A stretch of DNA of 64,000 nt, taken from Candidatus Algichlamydia australiensis (lineage in GTDB: Bacteria > Chlamydiota > Chlamydiia > Chlamydiales > JAJFMI01). Below the pieces are notes generated by a model. The model saw only the letters and a list, made by a program, of their open reading frames with translations. It made no database searches and was not told the DNA's origin. Below are positions 1 to 10,014 of this stretch, one piece after another. Each line of letters starts with the position of its first letter. Position 1 is the first letter of the stretch. Made by a program: the position numbers and the translations under genes. The stretch lies in contig JAXCHI010000002.1 of NCBI GenBank assembly GCA_033977065.1, forward strand, positions 192,001 through 256,000. Reading direction: 5' to 3'.

Positions 1-49
1 CCATCCAAGTACCATTACAACACACCGCAATCAATACAAGTATTTGTGA
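1..49 (+). CDS. dabB: 3' end of probable DabB (NuoL/ND5-like membrane subunit of inorganic carbon transporter), partial
   Basis: Frame 2-49 reads HPSTITTHRNQYKYL*, ending 7 nt before dabA; resembles DabB C-termini and fits the usual dabB-dabA order. Confidence 0.55.
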   Translation, partial: HPSTITTHRNQYKYL

Positions 50-56
50 GGGACTT

Positions 57-2279
57 ATGACAGTAGTAGCCACAGCAAAAGAAAAAAATAGTAGTTGCGA
101 AACAGAAAGAAAAAAGTCATTTGCAGAGATTGTTGACCACTCATGGAGGATAATTGCTCCCTATTGGCCTCTAAAAAGCATCAATGCTGTTAATCCATTG
201 CAAGGATTTGAGCACCTTTCAATTGAAGATGCATTCAGAGAAGGAACAGCCCACTTTAGACAGAAAGTACTCCCTAGCGCTATTGAAGCAGCAAATCGCG
301 AAACGATCAAATGGTTGCAGGCCTATTTTGATGAGGGCCAAGCTACGATTAAAATGCCGTCAAAAAATAAGGGGTTGTTTGCGTCATGGAAAAGACTCGT
401 CCCTTTCGATAAGCGAATCCATCAAAACGATAAAAAGAAAATTGATTTTCTAAACTCTCTTTCCGACTCTCCTGAGCATGCGCTTACACGCTCACTTCAA
501 CTACTAAAAATCAGAGAAGAAGAGATTCTGCAGTTTTTAAAACTGGCTCTGAGCACAATGCCTGGCTGGCCTAGTTATATCAAATATCTAGCTGAGTGGT
601 CCGATGCCAAAACTAAAGAGCAGAATTCCTCTCTAAAGACAGAATATTTGGCTATGAGAGTCGTAACTATCTATCTTCTTTGGCCAGAAGCAAGAGAGTT
701 GTTAGAATGGAATAAACAGGCAATAAAAAATACCCTACTATTAGAAACTCCTTTTAAGGAAATGAATAAGATTGAAAAATCTTATCGCCATCAGCTAATA
801 AAAAAGCTGGCATCGCAAAAACTTAAATCAAGAGCTACTCCACTGGCACAGCTTGTGTTTTGTATAGATGTACGCTCAGAGCCATTTCGTCGCGCTATTG
901 AATCTGCTGGAGGATATGAAACTTTTGGCTTTGCTGGTTTTTTTGGTGTTCCAGTTCGAATCAAAGATGAGACAACAGGGGAGGCTTACTCTTCTTGTCC
1001 CGTCTTATTGTCTCCTAAGCATGAGGTTGTTGAATCTCCCTGTTGTTCAAGTGTAAAACAAGAGGATCACAAAAAAGGTCATGAACGTTTTCTATTAATT
1101 CAAAAAATTTATCAATCGATTAAGTACACTTTTTCTGCGCCATTTGCGATGGTAGAGGGGCTAGGAATTGCTAGTGGAATTTGGATAGGGTTACGTACAC
1201 TGGCACCAAGTCTTGCGTCTCGCTTAAAAAAAGCTGCGAAAAACTCGATTCAGGAGAAGGTGCAAATGCAACCCTCCTTAAAGGAGATCTCTTTTGAACA
1301 GCAGTGTGCTTATGCTGAAAATGCGTTGAGAATGATGGGGCTTACAGATCACTTTGCCCCTTTAGTAGTTTTTTGTGGACACGGATGCGCAACTGAGAAC
1401 AATGCGTACGCTTCGTCTCTTGATTGTGGTGCGTGTGGAGGAAAAGCGGGGGGGAGTAATGCAAGAGTTTTGGCGATGATGCTCAATTCTACTAAAGTAA
1501 GAGGGCATCTTGCTAATTCAGGGATAAATATTCCTGAAACCACTAAATTTATTGGGGCCGAGCATAATACGACTACAGATGAATTGGTCCTCAATTGTGA
1601 TGAGCATTCTGAGCGAACGGAAAAGTTGAAAAATGATTTGAAAAGAGCGCAGGAGATAAATAGTCTATTTAGGCTTAAAAAAATGAAGCCAGCTTCTCGT
1701 TTTTCAGCTCCTCACCGGCACACTTTGCGGCGATCACGTGACTGGGCAGAAGTACGTCCTGAATGGGGATTAGCAAAAAATGCGGCATTCATTATTGGAC
1801 CTCGTAGCTTGACGCAATCACTCGATCTTGAAGGAAGGTGCTTTTTGCATTCATACGATTATGCTCAAGATCAGAGCGGAAAGTTTCTCGAGTCGATACT
1901 AACAGCTCCTATGATTGTCACGCAATGGATCAACTCTCAATATCTCTTCTCGACGCTTGACAATGTATCATTTGGAGGGGGGAGCAAAATTACAAAAAAT
2001 ATTACTGGCAAAATTGGAATTATGCAGGGAAATGCGAGTGATTTAATGACGGGCCTGCCACTTCAATCGGTTTATTCAAGTGACAAGAGCTCTTACCATG
2101 TGCCTCAAAGATTGATGACAGTTGTTTACGCTCCAAGAGAGAGATTAGATTCCATCATTGAGTCCCATGAGGTGTTGAAAAAACTATTCGGCAATGGTTG
2201 GGTAGAGCTTGTCTCTATTTCACCTGAAACTCATGAAGCCAACTTGCTTAAGAGAGATTTCACGTGGGAAAAAGTCTGA
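57..2279 (+). CDS. dabA: DabA (DUF2309) inorganic carbon transporter subunit, beta-carbonic-anhydrase-like
   Basis: IAPYWPL/AVNPL start; Zn-ligand motifs FCIDVRSE, GHG, LDCGACGG; RPEWGLA, FLHSYD, GNASDLMTGLPLQ. Confidence 0.92.
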   Translation: MTVVATAKEKNSSCETERKKSFAEIVDHSWRIIAPYWPLKSINAVNPLQGFEHLSIEDAFREGTAHFRQKVLPSAIEAANRETIKWLQAYFDEGQATIKMPSKNKGLFASWKRLVPFDKRIHQNDKKKIDFLNSLSDSPEHALTRSLQLLKIREEEILQFLKLALSTMPGWPSYIKYLAEWSDAKTKEQNSSLKTEYLAMRVVTIYLLWPEARELLEWNKQAIKNTLLLETPFKEMNKIEKSYRHQLIKKLASQKLKSRATPLAQLVFCIDVRSEPFRRAIESAGGYETFGFAGFFGVPVRIKDETTGEAYSSCPVLLSPKHEVVESPCCSSVKQEDHKKGHERFLLIQKIYQSIKYTFSAPFAMVEGLGIASGIWIGLRTLAPSLASRLKKAAKNSIQEKVQMQPSLKEISFEQQCAYAENALRMMGLTDHFAPLVVFCGHGCATENNAYASSLDCGACGGKAGGSNARVLAMMLNSTKVRGHLANSGINIPETTKFIGAEHNTTTDELVLNCDEHSERTEKLKNDLKRAQEINSLFRLKKMKPASRFSAPHRHTLRRSRDWAEVRPEWGLAKNAAFIIGPRSLTQSLDLEGRCFLHSYDYAQDQSGKFLESILTAPMIVTQWINSQYLFSTLDNVSFGGGSKITKNITGKIGIMQGNASDLMTGLPLQSVYSSDKSSYHVPQRLMTVVYAPRERLDSIIESHEVLKKLFGNGWVELVSISPETHEANLLKRDFTWEKV

Positions 2280-2354
2280 TTTTTTCAGGCATTTTACAAT
2301 CTCAAATACATCTCGACTTATTGCTATTTTTAATATAACTTGAGTTATTAAGAA

Positions 2355-2984
2355 ATGGAAATATTTGATATCACTTTGACTCTATCTAAAACTGTTCCAG
2401 TGTGGCCAGGTAGTAAGCAACCTGAGTTTGATCAAGTTTTAAATATAAAAAATGGAGATCCTGTAAATGTGACAAATATGAGTATGTCTGTTCATACAGG
2501 CACGCACGTTGACGCTCCTTGTCACTTTGTAAAAGAAGGAGCCTCGGTAGAAGAGCTTCCTTTAGATATTTTAACAGGAGAAGCTGTTGTAATCGAGCTG
2601 CTGGACCACTCTACTCTCACAAAGAAAATATTACAAAATGCGCAAATTCCACCAAAGACATCTCGACTTTTAATAAAAACACGAAATTCTGACCATTGGA
2701 AACGAGAACCAACTGAGTTTGACCAAACATTTGTTGCGCTAAGTTTAGAAGGGGCTAAATTTTTAGTTGAGCGGGGGATTCAACTAATTGGTGTTGATTA
2801 TCTTTCTGTAGCAACTTTTAACGAACTTGCTTCTGTCCATAAACTCCTTTTTGAGGCGAGTGTAGTTGTCGTTGAGGGGTTGGATCTTTCAAAAATTGCA
2901 CCTGGTAAATATAACTTTTGCTGTTTGCCCCTTAAAATTGCAGGGGCGGATGGTGCTCCAGCACGGGCTATTTTATCTAAATAA
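2355..2984 (+). CDS. Cyclase family protein (kynurenine formamidase-like)
   Basis: HTGTHVDAP motif, GVDYLS, LPLKIAGADGAPARA. Confidence 0.9.
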   Translation: MEIFDITLTLSKTVPVWPGSKQPEFDQVLNIKNGDPVNVTNMSMSVHTGTHVDAPCHFVKEGASVEELPLDILTGEAVVIELLDHSTLTKKILQNAQIPPKTSRLLIKTRNSDHWKREPTEFDQTFVALSLEGAKFLVERGIQLIGVDYLSVATFNELASVHKLLFEASVVVVEGLDLSKIAPGKYNFCCLPLKIAGADGAPARAILSK

Positions 2985-3058
2985 TCTCTGTACCAGACAA
3001 AAATTCCCTGAAGGATGTTTAATAACTATTTAATAAAGAATGGCTTGCGCTCATATTC

Positions 3059-3087
3059 TTGACAGGGAAACGCCCCTGTTCTAAACT
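3059..3087 (+). promoter_or_regulatory. Sigma66/70-type promoter
   Basis: TTGACA (3059-3064), 17 nt, TAAACT (3082-3087), 9 nt before ATG 3097. Confidence 0.6.
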
Positions 3088-3096
3088 TTATTCCGT

Positions 3097-4281
3097 ATGA
3101 AGTTCAAAATCGTACTTTTTTTGATGTTTAGATCACTTTTTGCAGAGCAGTCTCTTCTTCTTCTAAATGATACGTCTGAGTGCTATCACTGGGGCTGTAC
3201 AGGAACATCTCAGGCAATGAGAGAGGAGATCCAAGAAATAGGATACGCGCTTGAATCCATTTCTATTCTTGATCTACGCAATTTAGAAGGGGTTCCTTCC
3301 TCTTTTTCTCTCTTTGATGAGAAAGAAAAATTTCAGCTTTTTAAGCAAAGTAATCCCTCTCTATGCGAGCGATTAAAAAAGTCAGACATAGTAGTCATTA
3401 ACGGAGAAGGTTCCATCCATATGATGCGCCCACTTCCTCGCGCTCTTCTCTACGTTGCCTACATCTCCAAAAAGTTTTTTGGTAAACATACCGAAATTAT
3501 TAACCACTCCTGCTTTCCAGAGGATTGTTTAAAAGTAGATGACGAAGAGACAAGAGATCTCTATGCAGGTGTATATAAAACTGTAGATTATGTTTGTGTG
3601 CGAGAACCTTTGAGTCGGACTGTCTTAAATTCTCTTGGTGTAGAGAAGGTTGATGAAAGTTTTGACTCGCTGCCTCTCTATATCAGAAAACACTATACAG
3701 TCCCACAAAAGGCAGCAAGCAACACGATCGTACTCGCGGGATCTGTTGATTGGAAAGAAGAGGGGATGAAGATCGTTGTCCAAGAGTTAAAAAAATTAGA
3801 AGAGCAAGGCTACAAAATTCAAGTTTTAGTAGGAGCAAAAGATCGTCCTGCCTATGACGACAAGTTGTTTGTTGAATTTTTAAGCGATGAGCTAAAAAGT
3901 GGATGGGAGCTCATCGATGCTAAATCACTTGATGAATGGCTCGGTGCAATTGCAAATGCGGATTTACTTGTCTCAGGCCGCTTTCATCACACGATCGCTG
4001 CAATCTGTTTAAAAACACCTTTTGTGGTTCTCAACTCCAATACACCAAAAATTGAAGGCATGCTCTCTATTATGCCAAATCGACATGTAGAGGTGTTGCA
4101 GTACCTAGATCCTGATCTTGAAACAAAAATTCAGAATAGTATCGATGCAGCATTTCAGATGTCAGAAGAGACTTTTCCAACCTTGGAAATCATTTGTGAA
4201 AAAGCCCAAAAAAAGTTTTCAAATTTGCAGTCTTACGAAAAATGTGGTTGGCAGAAGCAAAAGCACTTTCAGTCGGATTAG
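3097..4281 (+). CDS. Polysaccharide pyruvyl transferase family protein
   Basis: NDT..YHWGC, VVINGEGSIH, VREPLS, VSGRFHH, SNTPKIEG motifs; N-terminal signal-like segment. Confidence 0.7.
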   Translation: MKFKIVLFLMFRSLFAEQSLLLLNDTSECYHWGCTGTSQAMREEIQEIGYALESISILDLRNLEGVPSSFSLFDEKEKFQLFKQSNPSLCERLKKSDIVVINGEGSIHMMRPLPRALLYVAYISKKFFGKHTEIINHSCFPEDCLKVDDEETRDLYAGVYKTVDYVCVREPLSRTVLNSLGVEKVDESFDSLPLYIRKHYTVPQKAASNTIVLAGSVDWKEEGMKIVVQELKKLEEQGYKIQVLVGAKDRPAYDDKLFVEFLSDELKSGWELIDAKSLDEWLGAIANADLLVSGRFHHTIAAICLKTPFVVLNSNTPKIEGMLSIMPNRHVEVLQYLDPDLETKIQNSIDAAFQMSEETFPTLEIICEKAQKKFSNLQSYEKCGWQKQKHFQSD

Positions 4282-4707
4282 GAAGCAGGGGAATCTCAGT
4301 AAATACGGTAAGTTTAGGCGGGGTGTGGACAGAGAAGCTTGCAGAAAAGATGGAAAAAGAGTCGCAAGACTCTGGAGAATCTGTAGAAAAGCTGCGCGTA
4401 AATCGCGTGCAAAATATTCCTCTAAAAAAATATGCCGAGCTATCTGAAGTGGCAAGTGTTGTAGAGCAAATGTTAGGGGATTTGACAAGCCATCTTACTA
4501 GGCAAAATTTAGATAGCGTCGTCAAAAGCATACAACCATCTTATTTTTCATGTTTGGGCTCCATTTTTGTGCTCAAATGAAGCGGAATTTACAAATTCAG
4601 CTTCAATTTCCGCACAAAAATAAGCTGCAAACATGAAAAATAATCTGATTATAGCCTTTTGACGACACTATCTAGTTCTAGATGGAGGGTTTACCTCAGC
4701 TTATTAG
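4230..4707 (+). pseudogene. 3' remnant of a short-chain dehydrogenase (SDR), interrupted by the family A MITE
   Basis: LGSRGISVNTVSLG...IPLKKYA...EVA; removing 4512-4674 restores TRQNLVLDGGFTSAY*; no N-terminal Rossmann part. Confidence 0.8.
4510..4674. mobile_element. Family A palindromic MITE, copy 1 (165 bp including both TA)
   Basis: Terminal inverted repeats TAGATAGCGTCGTCAAAAG / CTTTTGACGACACTATCTA; same sequence as 52961-53125. Confidence 0.9.
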
Positions 4708-4900
4708 AGAAGACACTCTCTAAACGGCTCATCAAAATAACCTTTTCTAGAATTTTTCGACCGAGATAGCGGTGTATGAGTGATTCAGTGTTTCCATAAG
4801 AGAAATAGGGGAGTAACTTAGGTATTTGCCTCAAGTAAACTTCCTTGCAGTAAACTCTTTATTGCTACATCATTCAATTTGAATTTTGTCGGAGGTTCCC

Positions 4901-6814
4901 ATGAAAAGTTTCACCCTTTTCCTCTGTTTTAAGATCATATTTCTACAAGGAGTTGCTACAGCCGCTTGTCCTGCAGCGATTCCGCCTCTTCCACAGCTGC
5001 CTGTACCCGCTATTGTGCCTCCACCTGTTGCAACATGTCCCACACCTACACCAGCGACAGTATCCGGTTATTTGCCCATTACCTTTGTAAACAATACAGG
5101 TTTGCCTGCATCTGAAATTTTTATTGCCGTTCTTGTTAATTCTAGTACGCAGTTCCTCTCGTTTAGTGGGGCAACTCAGAAACTAGCCACAATTACAGAT
5201 TTTACCCCAACAACGTATCTCTCCTCATCGGCATACACAAGTACTTTAGATTCATTTGAGATGATCGCTGCCGATACATATACTTTCTACATTCCAAATG
5301 ATGGAAATAGCAGTGTACCGAATAGCAATGTAATGAAATCTTCTAGAATTTTAATTTCATTGAAGGAGCCCCTCACTTATTTTATAAATAATCTTGGAGT
5401 GCTGCAGCTGCCTACAGATACGGTGGCAACAAACGACAACTACTTTGTCTTGAATGATAAAGTAGAATTTGATCTGGGCAGTAACGGTTTTAATCGTTTA
5501 AATTTAAATCTTACAGGCGTCGATTTTTTTGGCCTCCCGCTGCTAGTTCAAGCAAATTATAAATTTTTGAATGGCACTACATTTACTGACGCCTGCGGTG
5601 TTACAGGGATGCCTACGGGAGTGACCTTTTCCGATGTATTTACAGAGTACTCCTCTTCTCTTGCCTCTCTTCAAACTCCCTTTGATCAATATTGGAAAGA
5701 GGTTGTAGCTACCTACAGTAATCCCCCTTCATCGGGAGGTGATCTTTGTAATCTTCGTATTTTTGCACCTGCTACTGCAATGGGCAGCACACAAACGCAA
5801 TCTAATCCTAGCAGAGTTACTTTTCCGATAAATTACTTTTTAAACTCTGTTGCAAATCCTAAGAATTGCACCTGGTTCAATGCAGTTTGGAGTGGCAAAA
5901 CAGAGTCTGGAGTTGAAGCTTTTTACGAGAGAAAAAAACCAAAACCCTATCTTGTTCTTGACGCGACTACAGAGGCGGGTTCTGCCACCGCAAAAGGGTA
6001 TGAAATTGGAGATAAAAGTTTCCGTTTTGAAATTATTGGTGGTGCAGACGCAGGGAAAACGATCACAATCCCGCTTCCCACAAGCACAAAAGCATTTTTT
6101 ACTGGTGCGGTTAGCGATTATAAACCTGCAATTATAAGTAGTGCATCTGCAGCAACAAACAATCAAGTTTTTAAAGTTTTTGCTACCTCCATTATTTCGG
6201 GGATTATTCCAATTGATTGTAAACATCCTGATCAAATTACAATCAATGGGGCCTATGTACAAGAGCAGTCGGCCGATTACTTTGAAAATAATGCAATTTT
6301 AACAAAAGCATTGAACGGCTGCGACTGTGTTGCAAATGTACCCTGGTATGATTTTTACTCGAGAACACTGCTCACAATCGGAACACCAAACATTTTTTAT
6401 ACCTCTGCTTACTCCGATTTCTTAGGGACCGATGGTACAATTGTTATCGTCAATCTTGATACAGATAATTCAGCAGCAAATATTACAATCAACCTCAATG
6501 ATTGTACAACTGGTGTGAATTTCCCCGAGCCTTTCTCTGATACGGATACGTATGATATTACAGTGGGAATTCCTGCGAATACTACCGTGCGTTTTGGCAC
6601 TTCAATATCGGGTCCTTTTGGAGCGATTCCTGCAACAGCAGACGGAGATGAGTTTTTTTTAGAGGTGACCTACAACTCAGGTGTGTATAGTGGGCAAACA
6701 TTTGTTACGCAAATTGCCCCCTTAGCACAAATATTTCATCCTGTACTCCCAGGAGAAGGAGTGGTGACAACAACAGGAACAGAGACAACAGTAACCATAG
6801 GAGCCAGTCCATGA
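4901..6814 (+). CDS. Secreted GH64 / thaumatin-like beta-1,3-glucanase-like protein
   Basis: GGAGG at 4891 before ATG 4901; signal peptide; Pro-rich linker; LPITFVNNTG, SSRILISL..PL, NDKVEF...NLTGVDFFGLPL, YTSAYSD. Confidence 0.55.
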   Translation: MKSFTLFLCFKIIFLQGVATAACPAAIPPLPQLPVPAIVPPPVATCPTPTPATVSGYLPITFVNNTGLPASEIFIAVLVNSSTQFLSFSGATQKLATITDFTPTTYLSSSAYTSTLDSFEMIAADTYTFYIPNDGNSSVPNSNVMKSSRILISLKEPLTYFINNLGVLQLPTDTVATNDNYFVLNDKVEFDLGSNGFNRLNLNLTGVDFFGLPLLVQANYKFLNGTTFTDACGVTGMPTGVTFSDVFTEYSSSLASLQTPFDQYWKEVVATYSNPPSSGGDLCNLRIFAPATAMGSTQTQSNPSRVTFPINYFLNSVANPKNCTWFNAVWSGKTESGVEAFYERKKPKPYLVLDATTEAGSATAKGYEIGDKSFRFEIIGGADAGKTITIPLPTSTKAFFTGAVSDYKPAIISSASAATNNQVFKVFATSIISGIIPIDCKHPDQITINGAYVQEQSADYFENNAILTKALNGCDCVANVPWYDFYSRTLLTIGTPNIFYTSAYSDFLGTDGTIVIVNLDTDNSAANITINLNDCTTGVNFPEPFSDTDTYDITVGIPANTTVRFGTSISGPFGAIPATADGDEFFLEVTYNSGVYSGQTFVTQIAPLAQIFHPVLPGEGVVTTTGTETTVTIGASP

Positions 6815-7866
6815 AAATCAAAACACTTATATTTCTCCTTGCGATAGCATTTGTCATGGCAGATCAACTACCAGCTACATCTTGCGATGTGGGTTGCCCC
6901 CCACCAAAATATGAACCTCCTTGCTGTGATGAACAGGGAGCTTATAAATATTTTGCTTCCGTAAGCTATCTTTACTGGCAGCCTCTTCAGGAAAATATGA
7001 TTTTAGGAGTGGTTTCTGATAACGCAAACGCTCTTGATCTTGTGAATGGAAATGAAGTCGATTTGGACTTTAAGTATAAGCCTGGATTCAAAATTTGCTT
7101 AGGGATGGATCTCGATTATGATGGCTGGGATACTTCTCTTGAGTATACCTGGTTTAGGGCAACAGCCGATGTGCAAGTCAACTTAGATCCCAATAATATT
7201 CCCAAAAAACTCTTTCCTGCATGGCAAATCCCCAGTTTTTTGAATCCCCAATACAACTTTGGATCGGAAAAGTGGACGCTGCAGATGCACCTAATTGATT
7301 GGGACTTGGCGCGCATGCATGCCATCGGACCAAGGCTCTGTTTCAAACCTTTTATTGGTTTGCGATTTGCCATCATTGATCAGGATCTTGATATTGACTA
7401 CGTCAACACCAATCCCGCAGATTTTTTTATCTTTCCCTCAACGCATATTGATCTCTCATCCGATTCTTGGGGGATCGGTCCGCGTGTTGGACTCTTTACA
7501 AATTGGGTACTTGGCAAAGGTTGGCGTTTGTATGGCAATGGGGGGTTAGATATTCTCTATACGCAATATGATTTGGAAAGCGAGCAAAACACAGAGGTGG
7601 CTGTTGCCAATCGCATTATTGTAAATCACGATAATGCCAATTACTTGAGAACGCACCTCGATCTAAACCTAGGATTTGGATGGGGCAGAGGCTTCTCCTG
7701 TGATCGCTACTATGTTGATCTCTCCGCAGACTACGGCGTTCAAGTCTTCTTTGACCAGAATATGTTGCGAACCGCTGTAAGCGCGCAATCGATCGGAAGA
7801 AGTTTTTTACCTAACGGAAATCTTTATGTCCATGGACTGATTGTTAACCTTCGCGTAGGATTTTGA
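6811..7866 (+). CDS. MOMP-like (Lpg1974-family) outer membrane beta-barrel
   Basis: Signal peptide, Cys-rich N-terminus, YLYWQP, F.YKPGF, WGIGPRVG, GNLYVHGL, C-terminal F. Confidence 0.8.
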   Translation: MKIKTLIFLLAIAFVMADQLPATSCDVGCPPPKYEPPCCDEQGAYKYFASVSYLYWQPLQENMILGVVSDNANALDLVNGNEVDLDFKYKPGFKICLGMDLDYDGWDTSLEYTWFRATADVQVNLDPNNIPKKLFPAWQIPSFLNPQYNFGSEKWTLQMHLIDWDLARMHAIGPRLCFKPFIGLRFAIIDQDLDIDYVNTNPADFFIFPSTHIDLSSDSWGIGPRVGLFTNWVLGKGWRLYGNGGLDILYTQYDLESEQNTEVAVANRIIVNHDNANYLRTHLDLNLGFGWGRGFSCDRYYVDLSADYGVQVFFDQNMLRTAVSAQSIGRSFLPNGNLYVHGLIVNLRVGF

Positions 7867-8019
7867 AGGAGAAATATGCGTAAATATCATCATTATGGAT
7901 TTCGACCACTGAGAAACGGGACGACGAAGCCCTTGTAGAGACCGAATTGGAGTAATCAAGATCCCTGATCTCATATTGCCAGGGGCAATTTTTTTCTAAG
8001 TCACTTTTGAGAGATTATT

Positions 8020-8367
8020 TCAAAAATCTTCTACTGTTGTGGCTGAAATGGAAATCTCATCACCTTTTTTGATATCGCAAAGAGCAATATTTGCTTCCTT
8101 TTCCATGTCTGAAGCAACATTTGGTTTATCTGATCGGTTCACATGTCTTTCGGGATCAGGGTAGAAAAAAATAGAACCTTCACGTTTATGGCAAAAATTT
8201 TTCTTTTCATACTCCGGAAGGGTGTTGTACTCTCTCTCTGTTAGGACCTTTAAATTCCATTTGATCACAACTTCGCCCTTTTTGAAGTTTTTGCAAGCGA
8301 ATACCCCTAAGCCGTCGTCAAATTGCCCTATTTCAGATGTTTTTACCTCAACGGTTTCAAAATACAT
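8020..8367 (-). CDS. Small SET-domain-like protein (degenerate)
   Basis: GLGVFA...KKGEVV, RHVNRSDKPN, IALCDIKKGDEISI; GAGGAGG ribosome site. Confidence 0.7.
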   Translation of the reverse strand: MYFETVEVKTSEIGQFDDGLGVFACKNFKKGEVVIKWNLKVLTEREYNTLPEYEKKNFCHKREGSIFFYPDPERHVNRSDKPNVASDMEKEANIALCDIKKGDEISISATTVEDF

Positions 8368-8457
8368 TGAGTTCCTCCTCTTTTTTTCAGAAATCTGTTA
8401 TATTTAGGAGCTTCCATACTATTTATATATTAAAGCTAAATTCAGTACGAGTAACCT

Positions 8458-10014
8458 ATGAAAATGATACCGACAAAAATCAAAAATTTTTTAATGCCAT
8501 TTGAGGGAAAATGGAATATCGACTTTTTTTGCGGTCTTACCGTTGCTCTAGCGCTGATTCCAGAGGCGATTGCGTTTGCATTAGTAGCAAATCTCGATCC
8601 TCTAGTCGGCCTCTATTCGGCATTTTTTCTATGCTTAATTGTCGCTTTGCTTGGGGGAAGACCTGGGATGATCTCTGGAGCTACGGGCGCAATGGCTGTG
8701 GTTGTTGCGACTTTAGTGATTCAACATGGGGTTGAATACCTATTTGCAACAATTGTATTAACGGGGATTTTTCAACTACTTGTGGGGCTTTTTCGACAAG
8801 GTAAGCTTATTCGAATTATGCCAAAGTCCGTCATGGTTGGTTTTGTAAATGGTTTAGCAATTGTAATTTTTATTGCTCAGTTGGAGCAGTTTAAAATAAA
8901 CATTAATGGAGTAAAGAGCTGGCTTACAGGCTACCCCTTATATTTAATGATTGGATTAGCCCTGACTGCCATGGCAATCACCCACTATTTACCAAGGTTT
9001 ACAAAAAAAATACCAGGAGCTCTTGTTGCTATTGTCTTTGTGACAGCTATCGTGCGCCTCTTTCAGTTAGATACTCGTCTTGTTATGGATATGATGGGAG
9101 GAGAAGGAGTTTCTTATGGATTCCCGAAATTTTCGTGGTTACATGTACCATTTGACTTCTCAACTCTCAAAATTATCGTTCCCTATGCTCTGGTTCTGTG
9201 CATTATTGGCTTATCTGAATCTCTAATGACCTTATCGTTAATTGATGAGATCACTCATACCAGGGGACGTGCAAATAAAGAGTGCGTAGCCCAGGGAATC
9301 GCTAACGTCATGTCTGGGTTTTTTCAAGGAATGGGTGGGTGTGCAATGCTTGGGCAGAGCATGATCAATATCAATTCAGGAGGTCGGGGTAGGTTATCAG
9401 GAATTGTTGCTGGAGTCTTTCTTCTCCTTTTTATCCTGATTTTTTGGCCTGTCATTAAAATGATTCCGCTTGCTGCCTTAGTTGGGGTAATGATGATGGT
9501 AGTGATCGAAACCTTCGAGTGGGCCACCTTTAAATTTATCCGTAAAATCCCAAAACATGATGTTTTTGTAATCGTGATTGTGACTGCTGTGACAGTGTTG
9601 ACCAATTTGGCAGTTGCAGTCATTGTAGGAGTGGTCATTGCGGCACTCGTTTTTGCTTGGGAAACAGCAAAAAATATCTACGTAAAAAAGAGCATTAATA
9701 AAAATGGAGCAAAAGAGTACCACCTCCATGGGCTCTTATTTTTTGCTTCCGTATCTCAGTTTAAAACATTGTTTGATATTGAAGATGATCCCCAAGAAAT
9801 TATCATTGATTTTATCCATGCGCGCGTGACCGATCATTCAGCAATTCACGCCATTCAATTCGTTACTGAACGCTACAAAGCACTGGGAAAAAAGTTGTGC
9901 CTGCGCCACTTAAGTCCCGATTGCAAGTTGTTGCTTAAAAAAGCAGGAGATCTGATCGAAACGAATGTACTAGAAGACCCTGATTACCTTGTAGCATCAG
10001 ATCAGCTAGGTTAA
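8458..10014 (+). CDS. SulP family anion transporter with STAS domain
   Basis: GLTVALALIPEAIAFA, GGRPGMISGATG, GGCAMLGQS, STAS GLLFFAS. Confidence 0.92.
   Translation: MKMIPTKIKNFLMPFEGKWNIDFFCGLTVALALIPEAIAFALVANLDPLVGLYSAFFLCLIVALLGGRPGMISGATGAMAVVVATLVIQHGVEYLFATIVLTGIFQLLVGLFRQGKLIRIMPKSVMVGFVNGLAIVIFIAQLEQFKININGVKSWLTGYPLYLMIGLALTAMAITHYLPRFTKKIPGALVAIVFVTAIVRLFQLDTRLVMDMMGGEGVSYGFPKFSWLHVPFDFSTLKIIVPYALVLCIIGLSESLMTLSLIDEITHTRGRANKECVAQGIANVMSGFFQGMGGCAMLGQSMININSGGRGRLSGIVAGVFLLLFILIFWPVIKMIPLAALVGVMMMVVIETFEWATFKFIRKIPKHDVFVIVIVTAVTVLTNLAVAVIVGVVIAALVFAWETAKNIYVKKSINKNGAKEYHLHGLLFFASVSQFKTLFDIEDDPQEIIIDFIHARVTDHSAIHAIQFVTERYKALGKKLCLRHLSPDCKLLLKKAGDLIETNVLEDPDYLVASDQLG

Noticed and set aside
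4242..4580. 112-aa ORF as an intact gene, and its shared tail DSVVKSIQPSYFSCLGSIFVLK with ORF 37607-37906
   Set aside because: The shared tail is read-through into the family A MITE, not a protein domain
7876..7938. Tiny ORF MRKYHHYGFRPLRNGTTKPL with a good ribosome site after the MOMP-like gene
   Set aside because: No recognisable motif; cannot distinguish a remnant from chance
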